This document shows, in pieces, positions 41,621-52,283 of a DNA stretch of 64,000 bases. The first letter of the stretch is position 1. Each line of letters starts with the position of its first letter. The notes under the pieces are model-generated. The model saw only the letters and a list, made by a program, of their open reading frames with translations, did no database searches and was not told the DNA's origin. The DNA comes from Methanotrichaceae archaeon (GTDB lineage: Archaea > Halobacteriota > Methanosarcinia > Methanotrichales > Methanotrichaceae). The position numbers and the translations under genes were made by a program. The stretch spans positions 100,655 through 164,654 of the forward strand of contig CAWDLW010000025.1 of assembly GCA_963803145.1 (NCBI GenBank). The letters are read 5' to 3'.

Positions 41621-42580
41621 TCAATAACAAGATTTTCTATCAGCTTCGATGCGTAGCACCTTAGCATCTTTCTCTTTTGACGATCCCTTATCAGGCCTCT
41701 TCCTCTCCCGCACAGCTCTGGCGCCCTCCTCAGGCTTGATTCTTGATCCAAACCTTTCTGCATATACCCGTGTGAACTCAGCGCCCATGAGGAAGATCTG
41801 AGTCGAGTAATAAATCCAAATCATAAGTATCACAAGCGAGCCTGCGGCACCATAGGCAGATCTCTCTGCGCTATAACCAAGGTATATCCCTATCAGGAAC
41901 TTGCCTGCAATGAAGAGCAGGGCAGTGACTGCAGCCCCTATCCAGACATCACTCCAGGTGATCTGGGCATCAGGTACCACCTTGTAGATAATTGCAAAGA
42001 GGAAGGTGATGACGGCGAAGGATATGATGAAGTTGACGGCGCTAAGAAAGACCATGTTCTCTGGCAGATGCGCGTCTATGAAAGTCCCAAAGGCCGATAA
42101 GGCTGCATTGACCACCAGAGATACAAGCAGTAGGAACCCTATGCCCGTTATCATGCTGAGTGAGAAGAAATATTCCCTGATGGTGCCAAAGATGCCCCTA
42201 TCATTCCTAGGCATCACATCCCATATGTCATTTAATGAATCCTTAAGCTGAATGAACACCTCAGCAGCTCCATAGAGCAGGACGATGATGCCAACGATCT
42301 CAAATAGAGTGTTATGGCCGGGCATGGTAGCATTCTCCATGACCATCTCTATGGCGTCTGCCCCATCTCTGCCCACTAGGCTATGGATGGTGTTTACGAT
42401 CTCTTCTCGGACAGCCGGTTCACCGAAGGCAAAGCCTGCAATAGCTGTTACTATGACCAGAATAGGTGCAAGAGATAATATGGTGTAGAATGCCAGGGCT
42501 GCAGCAAGCCTGGATGCCTTATCATCGCTCCAGTCATGGTAGACCTTAATCAGCATCTTCCACAGGGCTTTAGGGCTCAT
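41621..42580 (-). CDS. YihY/BrkB family membrane protein
   Basis: AAALAFY..LSLAP, LNDIW, YGAAGSLV...WIYY....GAE motifs. Confidence 0.9.
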   Translation of the reverse strand: MSPKALWKMLIKVYHDWSDDKASRLAAALAFYTILSLAPILVIVTAIAGFAFGEPAVREEIVNTIHSLVGRDGADAIEMVMENATMPGHNTLFEIVGIIVLLYGAAEVFIQLKDSLNDIWDVMPRNDRGIFGTIREYFFSLSMITGIGFLLLVSLVVNAALSAFGTFIDAHLPENMVFLSAVNFIISFAVITFLFAIIYKVVPDAQITWSDVWIGAAVTALLFIAGKFLIGIYLGYSAERSAYGAAGSLVILMIWIYYSTQIFLMGAEFTRVYAERFGSRIKPEEGARAVRERKRPDKGSSKEKDAKVLRIEADRKSCY

Positions 42581-42738
42581 CCATCTGGGGAAGGCGGGAA
42601 ACTCATAAATACTTTTTCAAAGTTGGCTCATCACTTACCATGATTAACTAACCTTTGCCCGCGACTCACGTCTTTATAAGTGTTGAATGCCAATAGCGGT
42701 ACTTGAGCAAAATCATGTAGACTCTTGGAGGGAATACC

Positions 42739-43428
42739 ATGAGAACTCTTAAGCCATACTTGATGCTAATAGTCCTAGTCATAGCAGTATGTTTCTATGG
42801 TGCTCAGGGGCAGTATAGTATGCCCTCAATGCCAGTTTCAAGTAGCCATATCAGCGCTCCCATACAAACTTTGATTGTAGGTAAAACACCGGCTACTATC
42901 TATCTTGGCTCTCAGCAGCAATCAGTACCCAACTCGCAATACCAGACAAATGCCAATAATGCAGGCCCGTCCTTATGGATACAAGGAGATGGAGGTTGGA
43001 TACAGTATGCCACAATTCCTCAAGGATCAGCAGTGACGCTTATAGCGGGCTCTCCAACAGGGGGCAGCGGATACCTGAGAGAAGTACTCAATGGAACGGC
43101 ATATAATTACAACTTCTACTTCTATCCTCACAGTCAGCTAACCTTCTACGGTGATGCAATTGGGCAGCATGTTCTATCATATACCCTAAACGGCCAGTCG
43201 AGCAACCAAGTGACTATAGATGTGACAGCCTACGTGTCACCTCAATACTACAGAACACCATATGGTTATCGTGCGCTATATAATTATCCTACACCTGGCT
43301 ATTATCCGCAGAGCTATTATTATTCGAAGCTTCCTTATTCAAGCTATAAATATCGGAGGCATATGTCTCCGTTTTATGGTGGATATAGCTGGAACTATTC
43401 GAACTATCCATGGTTGAATGCACCCTAG
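42739..43428 (+). CDS. Secreted protein with a Tyr-rich tail
   Basis: Signal peptide; SLWIQG..WIQYA..P.G; F.GD..G.H...SNQV.IDV; Y-rich C-terminus. Confidence 0.7.
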   Translation: MRTLKPYLMLIVLVIAVCFYGAQGQYSMPSMPVSSSHISAPIQTLIVGKTPATIYLGSQQQSVPNSQYQTNANNAGPSLWIQGDGGWIQYATIPQGSAVTLIAGSPTGGSGYLREVLNGTAYNYNFYFYPHSQLTFYGDAIGQHVLSYTLNGQSSNQVTIDVTAYVSPQYYRTPYGYRALYNYPTPGYYPQSYYYSKLPYSSYKYRRHMSPFYGGYSWNYSNYPWLNAP

Positions 43429-43466
43429 GTCCGTAGAGACCTAATTGAGATTTAGAAGGTACAATA

Positions 43467-43742
43467 ATGGTAAAAGATCCTGGATTTGGTTACAGAGTCG
43501 TAGCAACCGTAACGGATGTTAAAGGAAAATGCAATGTTTGCCACGAGGTTGGAGAAACTTTCGAAATAAGTATCCACAATGCGAACAACCTATGCGGATC
43601 ATTCTATCACAATATTTTCCCCAGTCTACAAATGTTTCAGTTTGGCGGAAGCATGCCGTGGTGGCAAGGAGACACCATACAGCTGCGATGCCCGGATGTG
43701 AAAAATCAGGTGACCATAAAGCTGGAACGGTTTAAAAGGTGA
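43467..43742 (+). CDS. TIGR04076-like small protein
   Basis: VKGKC...HEVGE.F, LC, CPD..N.V..KLER pattern. Confidence 0.75.
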   Translation: MVKDPGFGYRVVATVTDVKGKCNVCHEVGETFEISIHNANNLCGSFYHNIFPSLQMFQFGGSMPWWQGDTIQLRCPDVKNQVTIKLERFKR

Positions 43743-43911
43743 TATCTTAGCTGTTTGGTTTTTTCAATCAAAGAATGTTTCGTAGATTTGGTTAAATCGA
43801 ATTGAGACAGTTCTATAAGATTGGGCTTCTAGCTTGCCTATTGCCTATAAAGAAGCTCCTATACCAAAAGATACGGATAAGAGTTGCCTGTTACCCAACC
43901 AAAAACTAATC

Positions 43912-44970
43912 TGTAGAGTCCCGAATGTTTTGACTTTATATACTCGGTCTCTACTTTTAGGTTCTATCTCTAACATTTAATTCAGTCTCCATACGATCGA
44001 GAAACATTTTCAGCTTGCACCCTTCTGGTAGCCTGGACCAGAAAGCACTATCTGGCGTCTGAAGATACCATTTTGTATCGAGCGATTCATGGAACCTAAC
44101 AGTGTTATACCAATCCATGAAATTGTCAAAATTATCGAACCTAGACCTGTTCTTTTGGTATGTATCATTCCATTTTTCGAATTTGCCATTTGTCTGAGGG
44201 TGTTTGACTCTCGCTTTAATATGGACTATTTTATTATCCTTAAGGAAGTTCTCAAATCTGCTATCGGCCTCTCCCTTTTTATCTCGTTTATTGGCATAGA
44301 ACTGAGTTCCATGATCAGTCATTACCTGACTGATTCCCGTCAGCCATCCAAAGTTATCCAGCGCCTCCTGAAGGAGCATGATACTATTCTCAGTAGTTTC
44401 TGCATCGAACTCTCCGCCTGCGAGAATTCGCCGCGAACTATCATCAAGAACTGCACATACCTTTTTTCCATTGAGCTTACTGGTATGCCAGTCCAGATGT
44501 ACCAGTGTCAGGCTGTGCTTGCGTTCCCACCTGACCCAAGGTTTTCTACGCTTCGCTTTATTACGGTTTACTTTAGCTTGGCCATGATTCAGCAGAACCT
44601 TGTGAATTGTGTTGTGAGGGATATGTTTTCCGTACTTGAATTCTATGATCTTTTCAAGACGCCTTGCCCCCAAATTTTGCTCTTTGTTGGTTTCTAATAT
44701 CAATCTCTCTGATTCCTCATCAACATCTTTTTTCTTACGTCCAAATTTGTTAATGTTTAGGGGCATCTTGGTTTTCATCCAATGCATCCAGACTCGCTTA
44801 ACGGTTGACTCGCTGACTTTCATCTCAGCAGCGATTCTTTTGGTGCTGATGTTACTGGTTTTAGCTCGGATTATGTACCGGATCTTTCTTTGTGTTAGCT
44901 TTACAACCTTATTCTTCTTTCCCATGCCCCTTTGGTGGGTATATAAAGTCAAAGATTTCGGGACTACACA
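43912..44970 (-). mobile_element. IS481-family insertion sequence with 15-bp target duplication
   Basis: TGT...ACA ends, ~32-bp imperfect TIRs; AACCAAAAACTAATC at 43897-43911 and 44971-44985. Confidence 0.9.
43957..44925 (-). CDS. IS481-family DDE transposase
   Basis: HTH; HLDW, LDDSSR, TDHGTQF, HPQTNGKFE motifs; ATG at 44925 inside the TIRs. Confidence 0.9.
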   Translation of the reverse strand: MGKKNKVVKLTQRKIRYIIRAKTSNISTKRIAAEMKVSESTVKRVWMHWMKTKMPLNINKFGRKKKDVDEESERLILETNKEQNLGARRLEKIIEFKYGKHIPHNTIHKVLLNHGQAKVNRNKAKRRKPWVRWERKHSLTLVHLDWHTSKLNGKKVCAVLDDSSRRILAGGEFDAETTENSIMLLQEALDNFGWLTGISQVMTDHGTQFYANKRDKKGEADSRFENFLKDNKIVHIKARVKHPQTNGKFEKWNDTYQKNRSRFDNFDNFMDWYNTVRFHESLDTKWYLQTPDSAFWSRLPEGCKLKMFLDRMETELNVRDRT

Positions 44971-45308
44971 AACCAAAAACTAATCTATAAACCTAAAATA
45001 TGTTAACACTATCCTAGGCAAAGGATTCATAGCCGTCTATGATGCGTGCATAAAGATAGGGATAAAAATCCATCGTCTGGGCTATTATTTCAGATATGAT
45101 TCATATTTGCCGAAGATTTTCTGTATCACTTTCTTGTAAATCTTCCCAATAATGCCAAGAGGATTTTTACGGTCAAAACCATTTTTATGATCTTCTTTAT
45201 AAATCCAAACATACTCTAATTCACCAATCACAATTATCAATACCCACACATAAAAACCTTTGCATATGATCTTTGTCTAATCTAGGTGATGATTCCACTC
45301 CTTTACGT

Positions 45309-45785
45309 TTATGCACTGCCAATATATCGAACGTGTTTCTGACGCTCCGCCCTCACGGCTTTCCAAATAAGATCCTTAACTTCGCCGGGATTCTTGACAT
45401 CGGTTAATTTCATTTTGGAGTCCTTATCATCTGTTGATATAATGTCGATATCACCAACTCCTAATGCGCGATCTTTGAGCCCTTGAATCAGCTCTAAGTC
45501 TTTTATGCGGATAAGCTCAATCTGTTCTTCCCTTTTGCCGATCACTCCGGTTCGAACAATTAAGCGAAGATTCGTTAGTATGTAAGTAGTGGCGTTGAGA
45601 TGTGCCTGATTTTTCATCCTGGCCTTTAACCCGTCAGGCTTGCCTTTCCAAATTATGTTCTCTTCGATGGGAGTCTTATTTATTTTATTCGATTTAACCG
45701 GTTTACCTGCGATACGCTGGCCGCAAGCAGAGCAGAACTTGCTTCCTTCTTGGCATTTATTGCCGCAGCTTGGGCAGAATGGCAT
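45309..45785 (-). CDS. Zinc-ribbon plus bacterial PH-domain protein
   Basis: FCPSCG...FCSACG; Y.LTN.RL...G......I.L.RI. Confidence 0.82.
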   Translation of the reverse strand: MPFCPSCGNKCQEGSKFCSACGQRIAGKPVKSNKINKTPIEENIIWKGKPDGLKARMKNQAHLNATTYILTNLRLIVRTGVIGKREEQIELIRIKDLELIQGLKDRALGVGDIDIISTDDKDSKMKLTDVKNPGEVKDLIWKAVRAERQKHVRYIGSA

Positions 45786-45916
45786 AATTAAGGCTCTTCT
45801 CTGGTATATAAAACGTTAAGGATGTAAAGAATTCAACTTTTATCGAAAGAAACCGCAGTGATAATAATTTGATATATTAATATTTTTTATAAATATGCTG
45901 GGAGAGAAAATCCCTT

Positions 45917-46453
45917 TCATCTCCCATAGGTTGCTATCGCTTGACCTTGCAAAATGATATGTCCGTTCATGGCATTTTCCAGTTCAGATTTATTTGACCC
46001 AGGCTTAAGATTAAGCACCCTATCTAGACCATAGACGTTCAGTAAATACCTGTGAGGCATTCCTGGTGGAGGACATGGTCCTATATACCCAATCTTTCCT
46101 GCCCCGTTTGCTCCTTGTACAGCCTTGATAGGCGTTGTAACATTCGTGACGGTCGGTATATTGGCAGGTACTACATTCACAGGCGGTAAGTTCCATATTA
46201 CCCAGTGAATAAATGTACCATTGGGCGCATCAGGATCTTGTAAGATCATCGCCATAGATGTGATGTTGGATACAGCATTTAAACCGGAAATCTCGACTTG
46301 TGGAGTGGTATTCAAGCCGTCGCAAGTATATTGTGCGGGAAACTGGCTGAACTCTAGATTAACCGTTAAGTTTTCCATACTCTTTGACGATCCTTCTACC
46401 AAAAACCCTGATAGGATAATCGCAGCAATCCCAGCTATCATAAAGAGTTTCAT
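45917..46453 (-). CDS. YbhB/YbcL (PEBP) family protein, secreted
   Basis: YTCDG, DPDAP, FIHWV, GYIGPCPP, HRY motifs. Confidence 0.92.
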   Translation of the reverse strand: MKLFMIAGIAAIILSGFLVEGSSKSMENLTVNLEFSQFPAQYTCDGLNTTPQVEISGLNAVSNITSMAMILQDPDAPNGTFIHWVIWNLPPVNVVPANIPTVTNVTTPIKAVQGANGAGKIGYIGPCPPPGMPHRYLLNVYGLDRVLNLKPGSNKSELENAMNGHIILQGQAIATYGR

Positions 46454-47214
46454 ATGCTATTATCTCCTTCAATCATTTATAAGTGTTTATATGAATTTCT
46501 TACATTTTCAGCGATGATTTTCTATGAGTATCTCAGCAATATTTCCTGGATCTACGGATCTGACCTCGTAACCTCAAAACTTCCTGTCTTTTAGAAATCG
46601 GCAAAATTATAAGAAGAATTTACAAAAAGGGGTTAGACAGCCCTCAGATATTTAGAAGCTGTTACAGTTGTAACAAATATTAGCATTGCGACAGATCGGT
46701 TGAATTTGGCAGAGCTTAACAAGGGCTTTACAAAGGCTCCGCTGAAACTTCCATTTCGCTTCCCAAAGACAGGATCTGTTAACTCTCGTAAATCCTATGC
46801 TAAGCAGTTGATTTCCTGGCGTCGTATGGTGCGTGTATTTCATCGTTAATTCTGTGGCCGTCCCCTTTGGATATCATTAAAGATGTCATAAGCCCCAGAG
46901 GAAATGGGTGGCTATTTTATGGGTTTTTGTGCTCTGGCTTGAGCCCTTTGTCTTCTTTCAGCTTGTTTTTCTTGCTTCTTATCCAATCGTGGCGTATTTC
47001 CCGTTTCTTTCTTGAAGAGGTTTATCAAGATTGATCCCTTCTGCTATCTAACGATTAATAAGTTATAATAGGCCTACATGTATTTAGTTTATTCCCTTAG
47101 TTGTCTGGCATCATTGCCATGCCTAACCAGCTCTGTGCTCATTAGATGATATTGCTCTAAATTACTCGCTTTATTTCCCATGAAAAACCTTCCTCAATTA
47201 AAAGAAATGGGGTG

Positions 47215-47832
47215 CTATCCACCCCCTACCGAATGTCTATTCTTCAAGTGATAAAAGGCGTCTACGATAGCAGCCACTCCATCCTTCAATCGCTCATCTT
47301 TGGATAGATAGAGGAGGTCCCTTTTGACTGGTTTTGATGTATCAGTAGTGCATTTGTTATCTTGATATAGCTCTTGATTGATCAGCAGATGATAAATTAT
47401 TGTGATTAATTTCCGTGCTAAAGCAGTGATCGCTACATTGTAACTCTTTCTGGCCGATAATCTATGGAAGTACCTTGAGAGCTTGTTCTTGTTATTTCTC
47501 ATCTTAGCTATCACTTGAGCTATCTCGACAAGCATAGTTCTGAGACTCTTGGACCCCTGTTTCGTAATACCACATTGCTTCTTTTTCCCTGCAGATTCGT
47601 GTAGTCCAGGAACCAATCCACACCATTTAGCGATTTGTTCTGGGGTTTGGAAATCGCGATAGTCACCGATTTCTGCCAAGATGGTCGACCCTGATCTAAA
47701 ACTTATTCCTGGAATTGACATAACTATTGCCAGATCTTTAGCGCTTTTCTGAAATCTGCTAAGCACTTCAAGACTTGTTTTATCTATCTTCTTTTTCAGA
47801 AGATCAAGGAGCTCTAGATTATCCTTAACAAG
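47215..47832 (-). pseudogene. IS110 recombinase C-terminal half
   Basis: SIPGI, ILAEIGD..DF, GLVP..HESAG (catalytic Ser), ALARKL motifs. Confidence 0.9.
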
Positions 47833-47840
47833 CATTCTCT

Positions 47841-49065
47841 GGTCGTGTATGCGTTCCGATGAAATAGTTATATGTTTATAATGATACATTCTTTAAAAGG
47901 GATGTATCAAAAATGTCTGATATTACATTGTCCGATTACTGGTGCCATCATGAAGGCTGCCAGGATTATGGCATAAACGATAAAGGCAACATAGTGATAA
48001 AAGATCACTATGGAAAGAACAACCGTGCGCTCTTGAAGTGTAGAACATGTGGTCATTGTTTCAGCGAGACTCGCGGAACAATATTTTTCGGTTTAAGCAC
48101 ATCAGATGAGGAAGTCTTAGATGTCCTGGCCCAATTGGTAGAAAAAGGCAGTATTCGTGGTGTTGCAAGATCTACAGGTCATGATAAAAATACAATCTGC
48201 CGATGGCTCAAAAGGGCAGCGGATCATTGCAAAGAGGTCAATGATTACTTCCTGAACCATCTTCATCTTACACAAGTGCAGATAGATGAAATATGGTCAT
48301 TTTGTAAAAAAACAAAAAAATGTAAGTAGCTATGACTCAAAAGACGTTGGTGACGTATATAGTCTGACAGCAATAAATGCTGAATCAAGGTTACTAATCT
48401 GCCATCATGAAGGTGGCCGAACTATAGAAGATGCAACTGCCTTATTTAGTGACTTAGAACATAGACGGGCGACAGGCACACCTCTTCCGGTATTCGTTTC
48501 CGATGATTGGGATCCATTTTCCAATGCCCTCCTTGAAGTCTACGGTGTCAAGGAGACGCCTGAATACAAAGGACTAGGCAGAAAACCAAATCCTATACTT
48601 GTTCCTCCTCCTGACCTTAAATATGCTCAAATTGTGAAAAATAAAAAGAATGATGAAGTGGTTAACACATTTGAACGGATTGTATATGGTGACCCGAAAG
48701 ATGTGCTTGAACTGCTTTGCCCAACATCGAAAGAACATATCCAGACATCCTACGTCGAACGAATGAATCTCACTTTCAGGAATTATCTGGCCAGGTTTAT
48801 ACGTGAGTCTATGAACTTTAGTAAAGATAGGCAAATTCATACCGGCGCAATAGACTTTTTCCAAGCTTGGTACAACTTCGTTAAGCCGCATGATTCTTTA
48901 AAAATTGAGATAAACCTTGACATGGAAGAAGTGGGATTCGCTCTGAATCCTAAAAAATGGATCCCTCGAACGCCTGCGATGGTTGAATTGATTACCGACC
49001 ATATTTGGACTATGAAGGAGTTAATGACTTGGAGGATCCCATTTCAATAGGTCACATACACAACC
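47841..49065 (+). mobile_element. IS1-family insertion sequence
   Basis: GGTCGTGTATG/CATACACAACC TIRs; TSD CATTCTCT/CATTCTCG (7 of 8 match). Confidence 0.85.
47913..49050 (+). CDS. IS1-family transposase (InsA/InsB-like), probable programmed -1 frameshift
   Basis: Zn finger plus HTH, QIDEIWSF, then slippery A7CA7 at ~48305-48319; SDDW and VERMNLT in the second ORF. Confidence 0.85.
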
Positions 49066-49707
49066 CATTCTCGAAGTATCATCAAGACCGTTTGCAAGAG
49101 CCGCTTTGATGACGTCTCGCTTTTTCTTGATCTTCTTTGAAGTGATTCTGTCCAGGATCGAGTCTGCATCCTTGCCTTCAACCAGGCCATCCAAGATAAT
49201 CCTGCCTGATTTTCCAAAGGTGTCTGAAATACAAGAACTCAGCTTTATGCCGCAAAGTGCCAGATACTTATGAACTCTGTTTCTAAGTTGAGTTTGAGTC
49301 TTTATATATCCTGATCTGGCACGGGTCATCATTCTGAGGGCTCGATCCTCATTGGAAAAGACTCTTGATCTCTTGATTTTGCCATCCAAGCAGTTACCTG
49401 CAATCCTCTTAGCGTCATGAGAATCCGACTTATCCCCTAGAAGTCCTTTGACCATCCATGGATTTGCTACAATTGTATCAATAGAGGGACTCAGGCAATC
49501 GTATACTGGAAACCAGTAAACACCTGTAGCTTCGAATGCTACTTGCTCGCAATTATTGGCTATGAGCCAATTCCTGAATCTCTCTAGCTCCGAACGAGTC
49601 GTGCCAAACTGTTCCTGGATTTCAGTCCCATCTGCATCTTCGATCGTGGCTACTATGAGATCTTTATGGACATCTGCTCCGCAAACTCTATTTCTTCGTT
49701 TGCCCAT
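49066..49707 (-). pseudogene. IS110 recombinase N-terminal DEDD half
   Basis: GADVHKD, FEATGVYW, KSDSHDA motifs; joins the C-half in frame (419 aa) once the IS1 is removed. Confidence 0.9.
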
Positions 49708-49720
49708 ATATGTCGCTATC

Positions 49721-49873
49721 CTGATATGGGCAGATGATTAAGATTAATCCCTTATAGGGGGTAATTTCCCATGCGCGTTCAACGACGCAGCCCCGTATTC
49801 ACGGGATTATTGGCCAGTTTTAGCCGCGAGATCATGATCTCAAAAATAAAGCTGCCTTCACTGCCCATATCAG
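49721..49873 (-). ncRNA. Bridge/seek-RNA-like guide of the IS110
   Basis: 13-bp closing helix; internal loops match both target flanks and one donor end. Confidence 0.75.
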
Positions 49874-50140
49874 ACTAATCATAGTTGGCCATGAATGTGA
49901 GGTTTTTCATCAGCCACGTATGACCCTTAAGGGTCATGGGCGTTTTAGCCCTATGAAGTTAGAACCTTTTTCAAGCATTGTTTCGACATACAAATCCTCC
50001 GATATATGGGCACAGATTATAGGGCACATTTCCATTTTAACAATTATAGAGAAATCCTGATATATCCCATAAGACATGTAAGAGGAGAAACAATAAGTAA
50101 TAGGTATTCGAAAATAACTTTCTTGCTTGGAGGGAATCCC

Positions 50141-50527
50141 ATGAACTCAAAGAGTAAATGGCTTATAGCAATTATGGTTGTATTGCTATTAGTTACCTCA
50201 GTGATATCGGCGGGGAGTGGTTTAAGTTTTTATAAAGTGGATTGGGGCAACCCGCACCAAAGAGGGACTTCGACTTGGATTACTATTTACGTTAATAATG
50301 ACAATTATCATTCAGTATCCAGTACAGCCGTTTTGCAGCTTAAAGTTCCTCTTTGGTATACCAGAGTTTTCCTACAAAACTTTACGGTTTTTGGATACGC
50401 AAAAGAACAGCCCGTACAAATCAACTTCACGATTGACCGAAGTTGGCCGACAGGAGATTATAATGCCCTAGTTAGCATACCTTCACTAGGTATAGATGGA
50501 CTAAATGGAGTTATTACGGTAAAATAG
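50141..50527 (+). CDS. Secreted small Ig-like hypothetical protein
   Basis: GGAGGG RBS before MNSKSKW; signal peptide. Confidence 0.65.
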   Translation: MNSKSKWLIAIMVVLLLVTSVISAGSGLSFYKVDWGNPHQRGTSTWITIYVNNDNYHSVSSTAVLQLKVPLWYTRVFLQNFTVFGYAKEQPVQINFTIDRSWPTGDYNALVSIPSLGIDGLNGVITVK

Positions 50528-50747
50528 TAAATTAGATCAATAAATAATTCCAAAGTTTCCTATTTTTTAATTGACTCAATATATTATGGTAAACATTGAA
50601 GACTGGATCAGGCCTTAGCTAATTGTTCTAGCCTCAGGTGCGAAAAATCACAGAGGCCATTTAAATGTTCCAAGCGAATGGTAACGCTTAGCTATCTGAC
50701 ATCTGCCATATCTCTTCTATCAGGTCATAAAGCTCACGCCTTCAAGG

Positions 50748-51905
50748 CTATTCCCCATAAACCGGCACATGGAACACGATTTCTAACCTGGTTCCACCAA
50801 TGCCGTCCAGCTTGATGCTACCATCAATTTGGTTCATCACTGCGCTCACCAATTGTAGGCCCAGAGCGTTAGACTTTGCCAGATCTTTTTTGAATCCAAT
50901 TCCATTATCTTTGATAACCATTCTAAAGCCTTTTCCGCCATCGGAGTGGAACTCTATGTTAATCTCGCCCTTTCTGTCTCCAGGGAAGGCATGCTTGAGA
51001 GAGTTTGAGACCAGTTCGTTAATTACAAACCCGCAAGCTACGGCAGTATCTACTCCAATCATTATCTTATCAACATCAAGATTCAGCTTTATTCTGTCAT
51101 GGCGAACGTTATACAGCTGGTAAAGACTATCGACTAAGCTCTTTACATACTCTTCCAGATTGACCTTTGTCAGATTTTGAGAGTTAGACAGCTTATCGTG
51201 GACTATAGCCAGAGATTTAACCCTGTTCTGGCAATCCTTTATTATGTCCAAAGGCCGCTCATCAATTGCCCTTTTGGATTGAAGATAAATCAAAGAAGAG
51301 ATCACTTGCAGGTTCTTCTTAACCTTGCAATGAACCTCCCTGAGAAGAACCTCCTTCTCCGCCAAGGACATATTGAGCATCTCCTCTGCTCTCCTCCTCT
51401 TGATGATCTCCATTAGAAGAATTTCATTTGTTTTAGCGAGCTCCGCGGTCCTTTCATAAACCCTTTGCTCGAGTTCCGCAGTGTAATGGTCGGTCAGATT
51501 AGTGATGACTGTGTATGAGCCCGTGACTTTACCTCCTTGCCAGCGAGGCGTTCCGGTGATCTGGGCATAGATCACCCTGCCATCTGACCTGATTAATCGG
51601 ACCTCGTAGGCGGTAGTCTCCCCAGTTAGCTGCTTTATTCTAGCATCATTGAGAAGCTCAAGATCCTCGTTATAAGCGAAATCATCCAAGGACTTACCAA
51701 TTAGATCCTCAGCAGAATAACCAACTAGTTTAGCAAAGGCTGGATTAACATAGTCAAAACGCCAATTTTCCCCCGTAACCAGTAAACTCTGGCCGACAGA
51801 TTCTACAATATGGTTGGCGAAATCGAAATCTAAAACGGGATTTAATCCCATAGGTGCTTGTGGACCGGATGGAGTTATACTATCAGTGCCACTATCCGAT
51901 TTCAT
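50748..51905 (-). CDS. PAS plus HisKA_2/HATPase_c kinase-like protein with a degenerate H-box
   Basis: PAS (YVNPAF..LVGYS), EVHCKVKKNLQ, NELVSNSLKHAF, DNGIG, LGL motifs. Confidence 0.88.
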   Translation of the reverse strand: MKSDSGTDSITPSGPQAPMGLNPVLDFDFANHIVESVGQSLLVTGENWRFDYVNPAFAKLVGYSAEDLIGKSLDDFAYNEDLELLNDARIKQLTGETTAYEVRLIRSDGRVIYAQITGTPRWQGGKVTGSYTVITNLTDHYTAELEQRVYERTAELAKTNEILLMEIIKRRRAEEMLNMSLAEKEVLLREVHCKVKKNLQVISSLIYLQSKRAIDERPLDIIKDCQNRVKSLAIVHDKLSNSQNLTKVNLEEYVKSLVDSLYQLYNVRHDRIKLNLDVDKIMIGVDTAVACGFVINELVSNSLKHAFPGDRKGEINIEFHSDGGKGFRMVIKDNGIGFKKDLAKSNALGLQLVSAVMNQIDGSIKLDGIGGTRLEIVFHVPVYGE

Positions 51906-52283
51906 AATTATTACCTCATGTTCCTATTCATAGTGATTCATTTTCTTATTCAAATACCCATCGGATTTCCCATTTATAAATTTAATCCTTTTTGTAGAAA
52001 TGATTTTCCTAATAAGGTTAAAAACTAGGGCATTGTTATCCGAAAAAGGGCAAAATACGCGATATATAATGATGAGGATAGCAAAATTTTGATATATTTA
52101 AATAAATAGCTGATGGCTTCTTTACATGCTAGATTCCTTAGCCTGATTGGGTATCAACATCTGCTACACTCTACGATACATCCGCTTTAGTTCAATAGCG
52201 AAAATTGTCTATAGTTTCACTCATTGCCCCCTGCCGCACTGCCTCTGTCGCTTCATAAGCTGTATTATCTCTTTGCTCTATTT

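Larger units (their letters stand above)
47177..49945 (-). mobile_element. IS110-family element interrupted by an IS1-family element
   Basis: Split recombinase; CCCATGA/TCATGGG ends; ATGAAAAACCT/AGGTTTTTCAT subterminal IR (47180/49900); TT core at both junctions. Confidence 0.85.

Noticed and set aside
46560-47160. Short ORF fragments left of the IS110
   Set aside because: Interrupted by stops with no identifiable family; at most a decayed gene
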